Notes: generated by a model not told the origin, from the sequence alone. A stretch of 64,000 nucleotides of DNA from an uncultured Alphaproteobacteria bacterium (GCA_943789475.1 CALSUG010000006.1:199425-263424); one strand, 5' to 3'. Shown: positions 39,606-48,173, counted from the first letter of the stretch. A program made the numbers and translations.

Positions 39606-41038
39606 CAAACACCCCTATTATTGTTTGGTTTCGACAAGACTTACGCCTGCGCGATAATCCCGCTTTTATCGCGGCGGCTGAAACAGGACAACCCGTTTTA
39701 CCTATTTATATTTTAGATGATGAAAATGCAGGTGATTGGAAAATGGGCGCGGCAAGCCAATGGTGGCTCCATCACTCTTTAACATCTCTGAATAAAAATT
39801 TGGATGGTAATTTACGTGTATATCATGGTGATGCCTCAACAATTATTAGCGATATTATAACCGAAACAAAGGCAACTACGCTTTATTGGAATCGATGCTA
39901 TGAACCATGGCGGATAGCGCGTGATAAAGGCATTAAATCTTCTTTAAAGGATAAACATATTCATGTGCAAAGCTTTAATGGATCATTATTGTTTGAGCCA
40001 CATGCTGTTTTAAAAGAAGATGGCACGCCCTATAAAGTCTTTACGCCCTTTTACCGCAAAGGATGTTTGGAACGGAATGTAGAGCCTCCCAAACCACAAG
40101 ATACACCTGATGCAATCGAATACTATTACGCTACAAACAAAACACAAATTAGCGATTTAAAACTATTGCCAACGATCCCATGGGACACAACGATGCGTGA
40201 AGAATGGACAATTGGTGAGGACGGCGCGCAAAAACGTCTATCTGAGTTTTTAAATAATGGCCTAAATAATTATAAAGAAGGACGCAATCATCCTGCGCAA
40301 GACAATGTGTCGCGCTTGTCCCCTTATCTGCATTTTGGTGAGATCTCTCCGCGTGATATATGGCATGAGACCAAGGCGACAATGGTCGCCCAAGGATTAG
40401 AAAAAGACGGTGATCATTTTTTAAGCGAGATTGGCTGGCGCGAATTTTCGAATAATTTACTGTATCACTTCCCAGATTTACCACGAGAAAACTTACAAAA
40501 AAAATTCGATTATTTTCCATGGTGTGATGACCAAGAAGCATTGAAAGCATGGCAAACAGGACAGACAGGATATCCAATTGTTGATGCCGGTATGCGCGAG
40601 TTGTGGCAGACAGGGTACATGCATAACCGTGTCCGTATGATTGTTGGATCGTTTTTAGTCAAAAATCTGCTCCTCCACTGGCACCATGGCGAGAGTTGGT
40701 TCTGGGATACATTGGTGGATGCTGATTTGGCTAATAACAGCGCGTCTTGGCAATGGATCGCAGGATGTGGCGCTGACGCCGCGCCTTATTTCCGCGTTTT
40801 TAACCCCATAACACAGGGACAAAAATTTGATAAAGACGGAACATATATCCGAAAATATATTCCTGAAATCGCCGCCCTTCCTGAAAAATATCTGAATTGC
40901 CCTTGGGAAACCCCCCAAGACATACTTAATCATTGTGGTATTACATTAGGCAAGACTTACCCAAACCCCATTGTTGATTTAAAAGTGTCCCGTGAACAAG
41001 CGCTCAATGCCTTTCAATCAATTAAAGAGAATAGTTAG
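39602..41038 (+). CDS. phrB: deoxyribodipyrimidine (CPD) photolyase, class I
   Basis: MTNTPIIVWFRQDLRLRDNPAF, SRLSPYLHFGEIS, GWREF, TGYPIVDAGMREL..TGYMHNRVRMIV, DADLANNSASWQW and FRVFNP. Starts at the internal ATG at 39602. Confidence 0.9.
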   Translation: MTNTPIIVWFRQDLRLRDNPAFIAAAETGQPVLPIYILDDENAGDWKMGAASQWWLHHSLTSLNKNLDGNLRVYHGDASTIISDIITETKATTLYWNRCYEPWRIARDKGIKSSLKDKHIHVQSFNGSLLFEPHAVLKEDGTPYKVFTPFYRKGCLERNVEPPKPQDTPDAIEYYYATNKTQISDLKLLPTIPWDTTMREEWTIGEDGAQKRLSEFLNNGLNNYKEGRNHPAQDNVSRLSPYLHFGEISPRDIWHETKATMVAQGLEKDGDHFLSEIGWREFSNNLLYHFPDLPRENLQKKFDYFPWCDDQEALKAWQTGQTGYPIVDAGMRELWQTGYMHNRVRMIVGSFLVKNLLLHWHHGESWFWDTLVDADLANNSASWQWIAGCGADAAPYFRVFNPITQGQKFDKDGTYIRKYIPEIAALPEKYLNCPWETPQDILNHCGITLGKTYPNPIVDLKVSREQALNAFQSIKENS

Positions 41039-41043
41039 CGGCG

Positions 41044-41205
41044 GACTACAACCTCTGCCATTCAGTCCATTAATTTCATAAATTATCGATAATTACTCCG
41101 TGTGCCCCGCTTCACGCGGCGCTTGTTGATCTATTCCTTCTCGACGGATCACGGAGAACGAAATATATCACGCTATTTCACCCTTTTTCTCTACGCGAAA
41201 TAACT
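41044..41205 (+). repeat. dispersed intergenic repeat, copy B (diverged interior)
   Basis: Shares GACTACAACC-N-CTGCCATTCAGTCCAT at the 5' end and CACCC(T/A)TTTTCTCTACGCGAAAT at the 3' end with copies C/A. The interior differs but keeps a GC hairpin at 41104-41122. Confidence 0.7.
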
Positions 41206-41346
41206 AAGCCCACCTAACGTTAGATACGATTGAAGTACCAGCTCATTGGAAAGATAAAGAAGATGCGTTTAGAGAAAACCTAGAAGCTACATTACAGCTA
41301 AAGCAAACCTTATTCTGCCATTACTGTTTTGGCAAGCTCAACCGCA

Positions 41347-43428
41347 TTACATTAGCTGTTTTTTTATTTTAGCTATTTCGTTTTGAATAGAATTCAGCAA
41401 GCTATTTTTTGTCTGAATTGTTGCTTGATACATCCCTTCCGCTTCGGCGCAAATAAATGCTAGCTTTTCAGCACGCATATTAGCAGCAGATCCTTTGATT
41501 TTATGAGCCGCTTTACGCCATCGTTGGTTATCATCACTATCTATTGCACCTTTTAAGCTCTCTACAGCCTCATCCGATGTTGTGAAAAATAAATCAAAGA
41601 GCATTCTTTCATCTTCTGAGTCACTGCCAAATAATTCACGTAATGCAGGAAGATCGACTGGTGTTAGTGTATCGACAGATACGGGATCTTGATTTTGGAT
41701 ATTTTCCGAGGATGTTGGAATGCTTGATTCAGCAGAACTTAAATCTAACTCTTCATACCGCACCCATTTTTGTAACGTTTGTTGTAGGGCGTTTGGGTCC
41801 ACAGGTTTGCTAAGATAATCATCCATTCCCGCGGCAATACATTTTTCACGATCTCCCTTCATTGCATTTGCAGTCACTGCAATAATAGGTGTATGAAGCG
41901 CATTACCTTGATGCATTTTACGAATAGATTCTGTTGTTTCAAAACCGTCCATACCAGGCATTTGGCAATCCATTAAAATGGCATCATACATTCCAACTTG
42001 TGTGTATTCAAAGGCTTCTTGTCCATTATCAACCATTTGCACTCGATCAATTCCCATTTTTTTCAAAAGTTTTCGCATATACATCAGATTAATCGGATGA
42101 TCATCAACAACCATGATATTCGCATTGGAAAAATCAACTTTAGTCAAATGACGCGTATCTGTTGACGTGTGGGTAGTATCGATATCCGCCTCGATAATTG
42201 GGATTTTAAACCAGAAACTAGATCCCTGTCCTTCAATACTGTGAACACCTATTGCGCCCCCCATAAGCTCGGTTAATTTTTGACTTATGCTAAGACCTAA
42301 ACCTGTTCCGCCAAATCGTCGAGATGTAGATTCATCCGCCTGTGTGAATTTCATAAAAATATCATTTAGTCGATCTTTTGGAATACCAATTCCCGTATCA
42401 TCAACAACAATTTTCATCATATTATCTTCAGTACGAGAGAGTGTTAAAGCTATCTCTCCTTTATCAGTGAATTTAAGCGCATTACCGATAAGGTTAATTA
42501 TAATTTGCTGTAATCGTGTTGAATCTCCGATCAGCCCTGCAGGAAGACTAGAGGGATAATGATATTTGAATTCAATTTTTTTATCTTCTATTTGAGATTT
42601 GAGTAATTTTGTTGTGTCATCAATGACCGCTTTTAAATTAAAAGGAATATTTTCAAGTGTCATTTCTCCCGCTTCGATCTTTGAAAAATCGAGAATATCA
42701 TTGAGTAATATAAGAAGAGATTCGGATGATTTATTGATAGCCTCAATCGATTGTTCTTGCTCTGCATTTAATGGGGTATCCATAAGTAAATCAGATAAAC
42801 CAATAATACCATTCATCGGGGTGCGGAGCTCGTGACTCATATTTGCTAAGAATTCACTTTTTGAAACATTAGCAGTTTCTGCCTTTTCTATTTGACGCTG
42901 CAATTCAATCTCGCTGGCTTTACGTTCAGTTACATTACGCTCTATTGCTGTAAAATGCGTAACAACACCTTTGTCATCTTTCACGGGGGTGATATTGATG
43001 TCTAACCAATATTCAGCACCATCTTTTGAGAAATTTTTAAGTTCACCTTGAAATGATTTTCCATTAGATAGTTTTTCTTTGAGGTCGTCTAAGACATTTC
43101 TATCCGTTGCATTACCTTGAAAAATACGGGGCGTTTTTCCAATAACCTCTTCTGCGGTATAGCCTGACAATTTGGAAAAAGCATGGTTCACATAGATGAT
43201 ATTGGGCCCATTGACCAAATCGGAATCCGTAATCATGATCGCATCTTTTGCGTTAACAACTGTTGCTTCTAATAACCGGATGTTTTCATGAAGATTTATG
43301 TTTATATCGTAAAGCTCTTGGCTTTTTTTCTCTAATAAAATTTCGGCCTGTTGGCGCGCATTTTTTTCGCGCGCAAGCCGTTTCTTCATGCGTTCTATTT
43401 TATGTTCTGCGTCATTATCAATTGTCAT
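41347..43428 (-). CDS. cytoplasmic hybrid histidine kinase (coiled coil, PAS, HisKA, HATPase_c, REC, HPt)
   Basis: 693 aa. H-box [29 protein letters not shown], receiver ILMDCQMPGMDG and HPt AHKIKGSAANM. ATGA overlap with the H-NOX stop. Confidence 0.9.
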   Translation of the reverse strand: MTIDNDAEHKIERMKKRLAREKNARQQAEILLEKKSQELYDININLHENIRLLEATVVNAKDAIMITDSDLVNGPNIIYVNHAFSKLSGYTAEEVIGKTPRIFQGNATDRNVLDDLKEKLSNGKSFQGELKNFSKDGAEYWLDINITPVKDDKGVVTHFTAIERNVTERKASEIELQRQIEKAETANVSKSEFLANMSHELRTPMNGIIGLSDLLMDTPLNAEQEQSIEAINKSSESLLILLNDILDFSKIEAGEMTLENIPFNLKAVIDDTTKLLKSQIEDKKIEFKYHYPSSLPAGLIGDSTRLQQIIINLIGNALKFTDKGEIALTLSRTEDNMMKIVVDDTGIGIPKDRLNDIFMKFTQADESTSRRFGGTGLGLSISQKLTELMGGAIGVHSIEGQGSSFWFKIPIIEADIDTTHTSTDTRHLTKVDFSNANIMVVDDHPINLMYMRKLLKKMGIDRVQMVDNGQEAFEYTQVGMYDAILMDCQMPGMDGFETTESIRKMHQGNALHTPIIAVTANAMKGDREKCIAAGMDDYLSKPVDPNALQQTLQKWVRYEELDLSSAESSIPTSSENIQNQDPVSVDTLTPVDLPALRELFGSDSEDERMLFDLFFTTSDEAVESLKGAIDSDDNQRWRKAAHKIKGSAANMRAEKLAFICAEAEGMYQATIQTKNSLLNSIQNEIAKIKKQLM

Positions 43429-43967
43429 TTTTTCTTGAGTGTAAAGATGCGGGAATACATTTCATCTGTATTTTGATCTTCACTGTCTATCTCTATATCT
43501 TCTTTATAAAAATCTATACATCCTGCCATCAACCCATGTGCAAAATCGGCAAAGGGACATTGGGATTCGTAAACCATTATTAAAGTCTTATCGTCTTCAC
43601 GGGTCGTTTTGAAAGAAGGCAAGTTTGCTTCTGGATATAATTTTTTAACTTCAACATGGATCGTGTCATGAACACTTTCTAAAAATTCAAATGCGGATTG
43701 TGGTTCTTCAAAAAAATGTGGCATTAATTCGCTAAACCTCGAAAAAAGATGATGCCCATACTTATAAACAAGATCCTTAACTGGAATATTTGAATGCTTA
43801 CTGAGTGCGCCAACAAGATGTAAAAGCTCAACATGATTATAAGTTCCGACCGCCGTGTAAGCTCCGTCAGTTTCTAACTCACAATCATCAATAATATCAT
43901 CCACCATATCTGTACCGAACAAGGTCTCAACTAGTTGAAAAAATTCTGTAAAGACGATGCCCTTCAT
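43425..43967 (-). CDS. H-NOX (heme nitric oxide/oxygen binding) sensor protein
   Basis: 180 aa with MKGIVFTEFFQLVE, the proximal-His region VHDTIHVEVKKLYPEANLP, and a YESQC variant of the YxSxR motif. Confidence 0.8.
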   Translation of the reverse strand: MKGIVFTEFFQLVETLFGTDMVDDIIDDCELETDGAYTAVGTYNHVELLHLVGALSKHSNIPVKDLVYKYGHHLFSRFSELMPHFFEEPQSAFEFLESVHDTIHVEVKKLYPEANLPSFKTTREDDKTLIMVYESQCPFADFAHGLMAGCIDFYKEDIEIDSEDQNTDEMYSRIFTLKKK

Positions 43968-44060
43968 ATAAGATGCCCCTTATTTTTAAGTTTTATGCAT
44001 TTTCAGTGTATCGAGAAAGGTTAAAAACAAGAATAAGATTAGTTAAAATGTCATACATTC

Positions 44061-45431
44061 TTATGCTGTTTTGTATTCACGCACCTTACGATAGAGTGTT
44101 GATTTTGCGAGCCCCAATGATTTTGCTGCCTGTGTCATGTTGTTATTATGATGATGCAAAGCCTCTTTAATCATCACGATTTCCATTTCTTCTATCGTTT
44201 TATAAGGAGTGGATATTTCATCTATATTAGGAATGTCCTTCTCCTTACTTTGGTTTAATTGTTTTTGAAGAGGAAAATCCGAGATTTGTAATCGTACATT
44301 ATTGCTTAACACAAAGGCGCGATGAACACTGTTTTCCAGTTCACGTACATTTCCTACCCACCGTCTTTTTTGTAAGACCATAACCGTTTTTGGATCAATA
44401 TTTTTTTTAGGCATATTCGCAGTGATCGCAATATTGTTCATGAAACAATCAATGAGTGTTGGAATATCTTGTGGTCGATCTCGCAAGGCAGGAATACGCA
44501 TCTGTAATACATTAAGACGATAATAGAGATCTTCGCGAAACAATCCCTTTTGCACATCATTTTCTAGATTTCTATGTGTCGCGGCAATAATACGCACATT
44601 GACCTTAATAGATCGTGATGCCCCCACAGGTTCAACTTCTTTTTCCTGCAGAACACGGAGCAATTTAACCTGAGCCTCCAACGGCAAATCACCGACTTCG
44701 TCTAAGAATACAGTCCCCCCATCGGCCTCACGAAATTTACCGATTTTACTTTCTGTCGCACCCGTGAACGCACCTTTTTCATGACCAAATAATGTACTTT
44801 CAACTAAATCTGCGGGAATAGCACCACAATTGATTGCAATAAAGGCGGCGCCAGATTGCGAACTTTCCCCATGAATGGCCTTTGCAAACAACTCCTTACC
44901 AACACCTGTTTCTCCGTTAATTAAGGTCGGAAGATCAACCATGGCCGCTTTACGCCCTAATTGAACTATTTCACTTAATCCACCATCATGACCAATCATA
45001 TTATCGAATGTGAAACGATCTGTTTTGTCATGCTTTAATCGCACAATTTCTTTTTCCATCGTCTGCATTTTCAGAACGTTTTGAATTGTCACCGTCATAC
45101 GATCTTTATCGTATGGTTTACTAATATAATCGGACGCACCAATTTTAATTGCCTCTACGGCTTGCTCTAAATCTTGTGCGCCAGACACCATAATTACAGG
45201 AAGGGATGGATATAACTTTTTAATCTTCTTTAATACATTCATTCCATTCATAATCGGCATTTCAATATCAGATATGACTAAAGATATTGTTTTCTTCGTT
45301 AACAAAATTTCAAGAGCTTTACGGCCATTTTCTGCCACATAGGAATGTAAATTCATTTTAGTGCGCAGAAATGCTTCTAATATTACCCGCTGGGTTGCGT
45401 CATCCTCGATAATCAAAACTGTTTTAGCCAT
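44061..45431 (-). CDS. sigma-54-dependent response regulator (NtrC/LuxO class)
   Basis: REC domain ([13 protein letters not shown]), AAA+ Walker [15 protein letters not shown] loop (EKGAFTGA) and a C-terminal Fis-type HTH ([15 protein letters not shown]). Confidence 0.9.
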   Translation of the reverse strand: MAKTVLIIEDDATQRVILEAFLRTKMNLHSYVAENGRKALEILLTKKTISLVISDIEMPIMNGMNVLKKIKKLYPSLPVIMVSGAQDLEQAVEAIKIGASDYISKPYDKDRMTVTIQNVLKMQTMEKEIVRLKHDKTDRFTFDNMIGHDGGLSEIVQLGRKAAMVDLPTLINGETGVGKELFAKAIHGESSQSGAAFIAINCGAIPADLVESTLFGHEKGAFTGATESKIGKFREADGGTVFLDEVGDLPLEAQVKLLRVLQEKEVEPVGASRSIKVNVRIIAATHRNLENDVQKGLFREDLYYRLNVLQMRIPALRDRPQDIPTLIDCFMNNIAITANMPKKNIDPKTVMVLQKRRWVGNVRELENSVHRAFVLSNNVRLQISDFPLQKQLNQSKEKDIPNIDEISTPYKTIEEMEIVMIKEALHHHNNNMTQAAKSLGLAKSTLYRKVREYKTA

Positions 45432-45457
45432 ACATTGAGCATATCACAAAAAGCATC

Positions 45458-45479
45458 ATAATGATAATTTTATCATTAT
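45458..45479. promoter_or_regulatory. perfect 9-bp inverted repeat ATAATGATA-ATTT-TATCATTAT, candidate enhancer (UAS) site
   Basis: Lies ~90 nt upstream of the sigma-54 promoter, in the divergent intergenic region next to the activator gene. An extra ATGATA half-site is present near 45492. Confidence 0.4.
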
Positions 45480-45549
45480 AAAACGATCAAAAATGATAGG
45501 CTAAGAATAATCGTCATGCTATCGTATTGATTTTACAAACTATTTTATT

Positions 45550-45565
45550 TGGCACGTTCATTGCT
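45550..45565 (+). promoter_or_regulatory. sigma-54 (-24/-12) promoter TGGCAC-N5-TTGCT
   Basis: TGGCACGTTCATTGCT matches the consensus TGGCAC-N5-TTGCW with GG-N10-GC spacing. It is followed by SD AGGAAGGAG (45581-45589) and the ATG at 45597. Confidence 0.7.
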
Positions 45566-45596
45566 CTTATACTATTACGCAGGAAGGAGACAACGT

Positions 45597-46511
45597 ATGA
45601 AAATAGCCACTCACAACTCTGAAAAACTCCTCTTGGCCGATTTGCGTGAAGCAAGGATCGGAAATCCAACTCATCGTTGTCTCCTTTTGCGACTATCCAA
45701 GGCGAAAGAACCCATGACCACATGGCTACCACGCTTGGAACGCTCCCTCCGTCACACATTAGGGGAAACAATTAATCAAGTTTACCTGACTCATGATCAA
45801 GATGTATTCATATACGGTTGGGGAATCACTCAAACATTGGTACAAGATCTAATGTTTGATTTGTCAGAAACACTTTCTGGCAAAACCCTACAAGGCTTAA
45901 TACATTTTTATGAAATTGGCATACATTGGGATGAGCTAGAATCCATGTGTGTTGGAAAAGTTCGTGCATTTGAGGCAAAACAAAAACAAGAAAAATCCGT
46001 TAAACAAAGCAATGAATTTGAAAAAATTTCTGCTGATGATGCATTTAAGGAAATGGACTCATCCTTAATAAAATCAATTGAAAAACGTCGATCAACACGC
46101 AAAGATCCTAAAATACTAATTGTTGAAGATGATGTTTTTTCTCAAACCCTTATTAAAAAGGCACTGAACGACAAATATGATTTGGCCTTATCCGATGATG
46201 GCCAAGGCGCAATTTTAGGGTATGTGAAGGTCGCACCAGACATTATGTTTCTAGATATAGAATTACCTGATATTAATGGTCATGATGTTTTGAAAAAAAT
46301 TAAAATGATTGATAAGAACGCTTATGTTGTCATGTTTAGCGGAAATGGTGATCGTGAAAATATTTTAAAGGCTCTTGATCTTGGTGCACAAGGATTTGTG
46401 GGCAAACCTTTTGCAAAAGAAAAGTTAATCCAGTACATCGAAAAATCACCATCTGTGAAACAAAAAACATCCACTCGAAACACAATAAACGCAAAGGAAA
46501 AATTATCATGA
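45597..46511 (+). CDS. response regulator with C-terminal REC domain and ~170-aa N-terminal domain of unknown function
   Basis: C-terminal KILIVEDD...IMFLDIELPDINGHDVLKKIK...VVMFSGNGD...GFVGKPF. Starts at the Met after the SD; the track start at 45549 is upstream of the promoter. Confidence 0.75.
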   Translation: MKIATHNSEKLLLADLREARIGNPTHRCLLLRLSKAKEPMTTWLPRLERSLRHTLGETINQVYLTHDQDVFIYGWGITQTLVQDLMFDLSETLSGKTLQGLIHFYEIGIHWDELESMCVGKVRAFEAKQKQEKSVKQSNEFEKISADDAFKEMDSSLIKSIEKRRSTRKDPKILIVEDDVFSQTLIKKALNDKYDLALSDDGQGAILGYVKVAPDIMFLDIELPDINGHDVLKKIKMIDKNAYVVMFSGNGDRENILKALDLGAQGFVGKPFAKEKLIQYIEKSPSVKQKTSTRNTINAKEKLS

Positions 46512-46669
46512 ATCCAATCATTCCTATGTTTTTTATTACGCTATTTATGATGGCCATAACTATGACCTTGGCTCTATCACCTGACGCATCAATAGGATGC
46601 ATAATGCTGGGCACAGAAATTAATGGTGACTACTCAACTGAATATTTATTCTTGGGCGATTGCCGTTAA
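46508..46669 (+). CDS. possible translationally coupled 53-aa hydrophobic/secreted peptide
   Basis: ATGA overlap with the regulator stop. Sequence MNPIIPMFFITLFMMAITMTLALSPDASIGCIMLGTEINGDYSTEYLFLGDCR has a signal-like N-terminus and 2 Cys. Not in the ORF track (<60 aa). No homology evidence. Confidence 0.25.
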   Translation: MNPIIPMFFITLFMMAITMTLALSPDASIGCIMLGTEINGDYSTEYLFLGDCR

Positions 46670-46705
46670 AAAATTATATAAAAACTGAGAACACTGTCAT
46701 TATTT

Positions 46706-47427
46706 CTATTCTTTATTATAGATTACTGGCATTTCACCTTTCCACTCTGACCATTTATTATTATCTGTAATCAACTCTGCCATAAAGTGACCTACGTTAA
46801 TACGGCTGGTTTTACCTGCATCAAAAATTGCATCTCTGATTGGTGATGAGTGCAGATCATATGCAGTAACGTCGGCACAATCAATCAAGCCATCTGGACG
46901 CACCACAACCCATTCAATGACCTCATCATTCTGCCCAATTTGAGTACGCAAATAATCAGCAGCTTCCTCATTATCCACATGTGGAGGAAGTAGTAAACGA
47001 AGAAGCCAAATTACACATTTATGACTGCAAGAAACTTCCTCATTCAAATCACGATTACGGTTTCCTGTTGTGTTCATAAGGACAAACTTGATTGCTTTTT
47101 TCGAATCGCTTGCCTTGACGGCATTACACAGTCTTCTCGTTGCATCTGTCACGAGTCTGCGTGGCGATCCAAACATTCCCTTAAAAGTTAAATTGTGGCC
47201 TAAGCATGATATCAACGCATCACAACCTTGCACATGCCCCTCCATTTCAATATCACTAAGCTCTAATATGCTTGCGTTATTAACAATAGATTTTCATGGT
47301 TCCTGATTTTTTCAGGAAGGCTATCCATTGATCGAACAACGGCTTTTACTTTTTGCCCTCGTCCAAGTAATTGCTCAACAAGCAAACGGCCTGTTGCACC
47401 GCTTGCACCTACCACAAGAACTGTCAT
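46706..47427 (-). pseudogene. NmrA/atypical-SDR NAD(P)H-binding protein, disrupted by a 1-nt frameshift
   Basis: The N-terminal frame reads MTVLVVGASGATGRLLVEQLL...ENLLLITQAY* (47427-47263). The C-terminal frame reads ..NNASILELSDIEMEGHVQGCDALISCLGH... (to 46706). The two frames can only be joined between 47263 and 47296. Confidence 0.65.
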
Positions 47428-47577
47428 CGTTTTCTTTCTATTTTATGATTATCCATTAGATATTATGGCATAATAACATGAAAATTCGACGCTCTTTGAA
47501 AACAATTAAAGTTGCCAACTTTATCGACAATGATTTTGCACTTGTAATGTACTAAAAATAGAGAAAATTTATTACCT

Positions 47578-47753
47578 GACTACAACCACTGCCATTCAGT
47601 CCACCAATCCATCCGACATAGAGAATACGACCTGACAAGCGCGGCTTTCCGCGTGGTGTTGCTATGCATGTCAAAAGGTGACGCCTAGAGAATGTTGTAG
47701 AAAGGTGTTTTCTCACCCATTTTCTCTACGCGAAATATTTCACCCTCTGGTTT
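47578..47753 (+). repeat. dispersed intergenic repeat, copy C
   Basis: See copy A. It includes the 10-nt upstream extension GACTACAACC shared with copy B. Confidence 0.85.
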
Positions 47754-48173
47754 TAAAGCATAAAAAATAATCATGAGACTGATATCTAATCAACTGTAAA
47801 AAACTAACTTTTCTCGACGCCCTACTCATACTCATCTTTCCTAGTGATAACTATCCTGAACCATATTTTTTAACCAGCCTACACTATAACGGGTGTCCAA
47901 TTTCCATCGAATTAACAATTTCTGACCACAGTACTTTGTGAACATATAATCCACAATATCGCTTCTTAATTAGCTCCCTAATTTCATCTAAGGAAGTTAT
48001 TCCACGAATGCCTTCCATCGTAATAAAGATAACTCTTATAGCACAACAAATTCATATAAATGATACGGGTGTTGGCAATACATTTTTGACATGTTAATTT
48101 TACATACTCAACATGATAGTATGCAGTATGAAAATAAAATTGACTCATATATTTTTATTTTCTATAAAAATAT

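Noticed and set aside
41315-41322. Extra CTGCCATT 8-mer 110 nt after repeat copy B
   Set aside because: There is no flanking similarity to the repeat or to att arms, and an 8-mer is expected by chance in 64 kb.
41211-41346. Possible coding remnant between repeat copy B and the hybrid kinase stop
   Set aside because: A short open stretch translates to a plausible-looking peptide, but it has no start, no motif and no partner fragment.
45432-45596. A Qrr-like sRNA downstream of a sigma-54 promoter next to a LuxO-like gene
   Set aside because: The promoter is followed by a strong SD and a long protein-coding ORF. There is no LuxO box (TTGCA-N3-TGCAA) and no terminator-bounded ~100-nt sRNA unit.
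45514-45771. Track ORF 45514..45771 (-)
   Set aside because: It is antisense to the promoter and 5' end of the REC-protein gene and has no motif support.
47884-48018. 44-aa minus-strand ORF (MEGIRGITSLDEIRELIKKRY...) in the AT-rich spacer before the NAD operon
   Set aside because: It has no recognisable family and is short. It could be a gene fragment, but there is not enough evidence.
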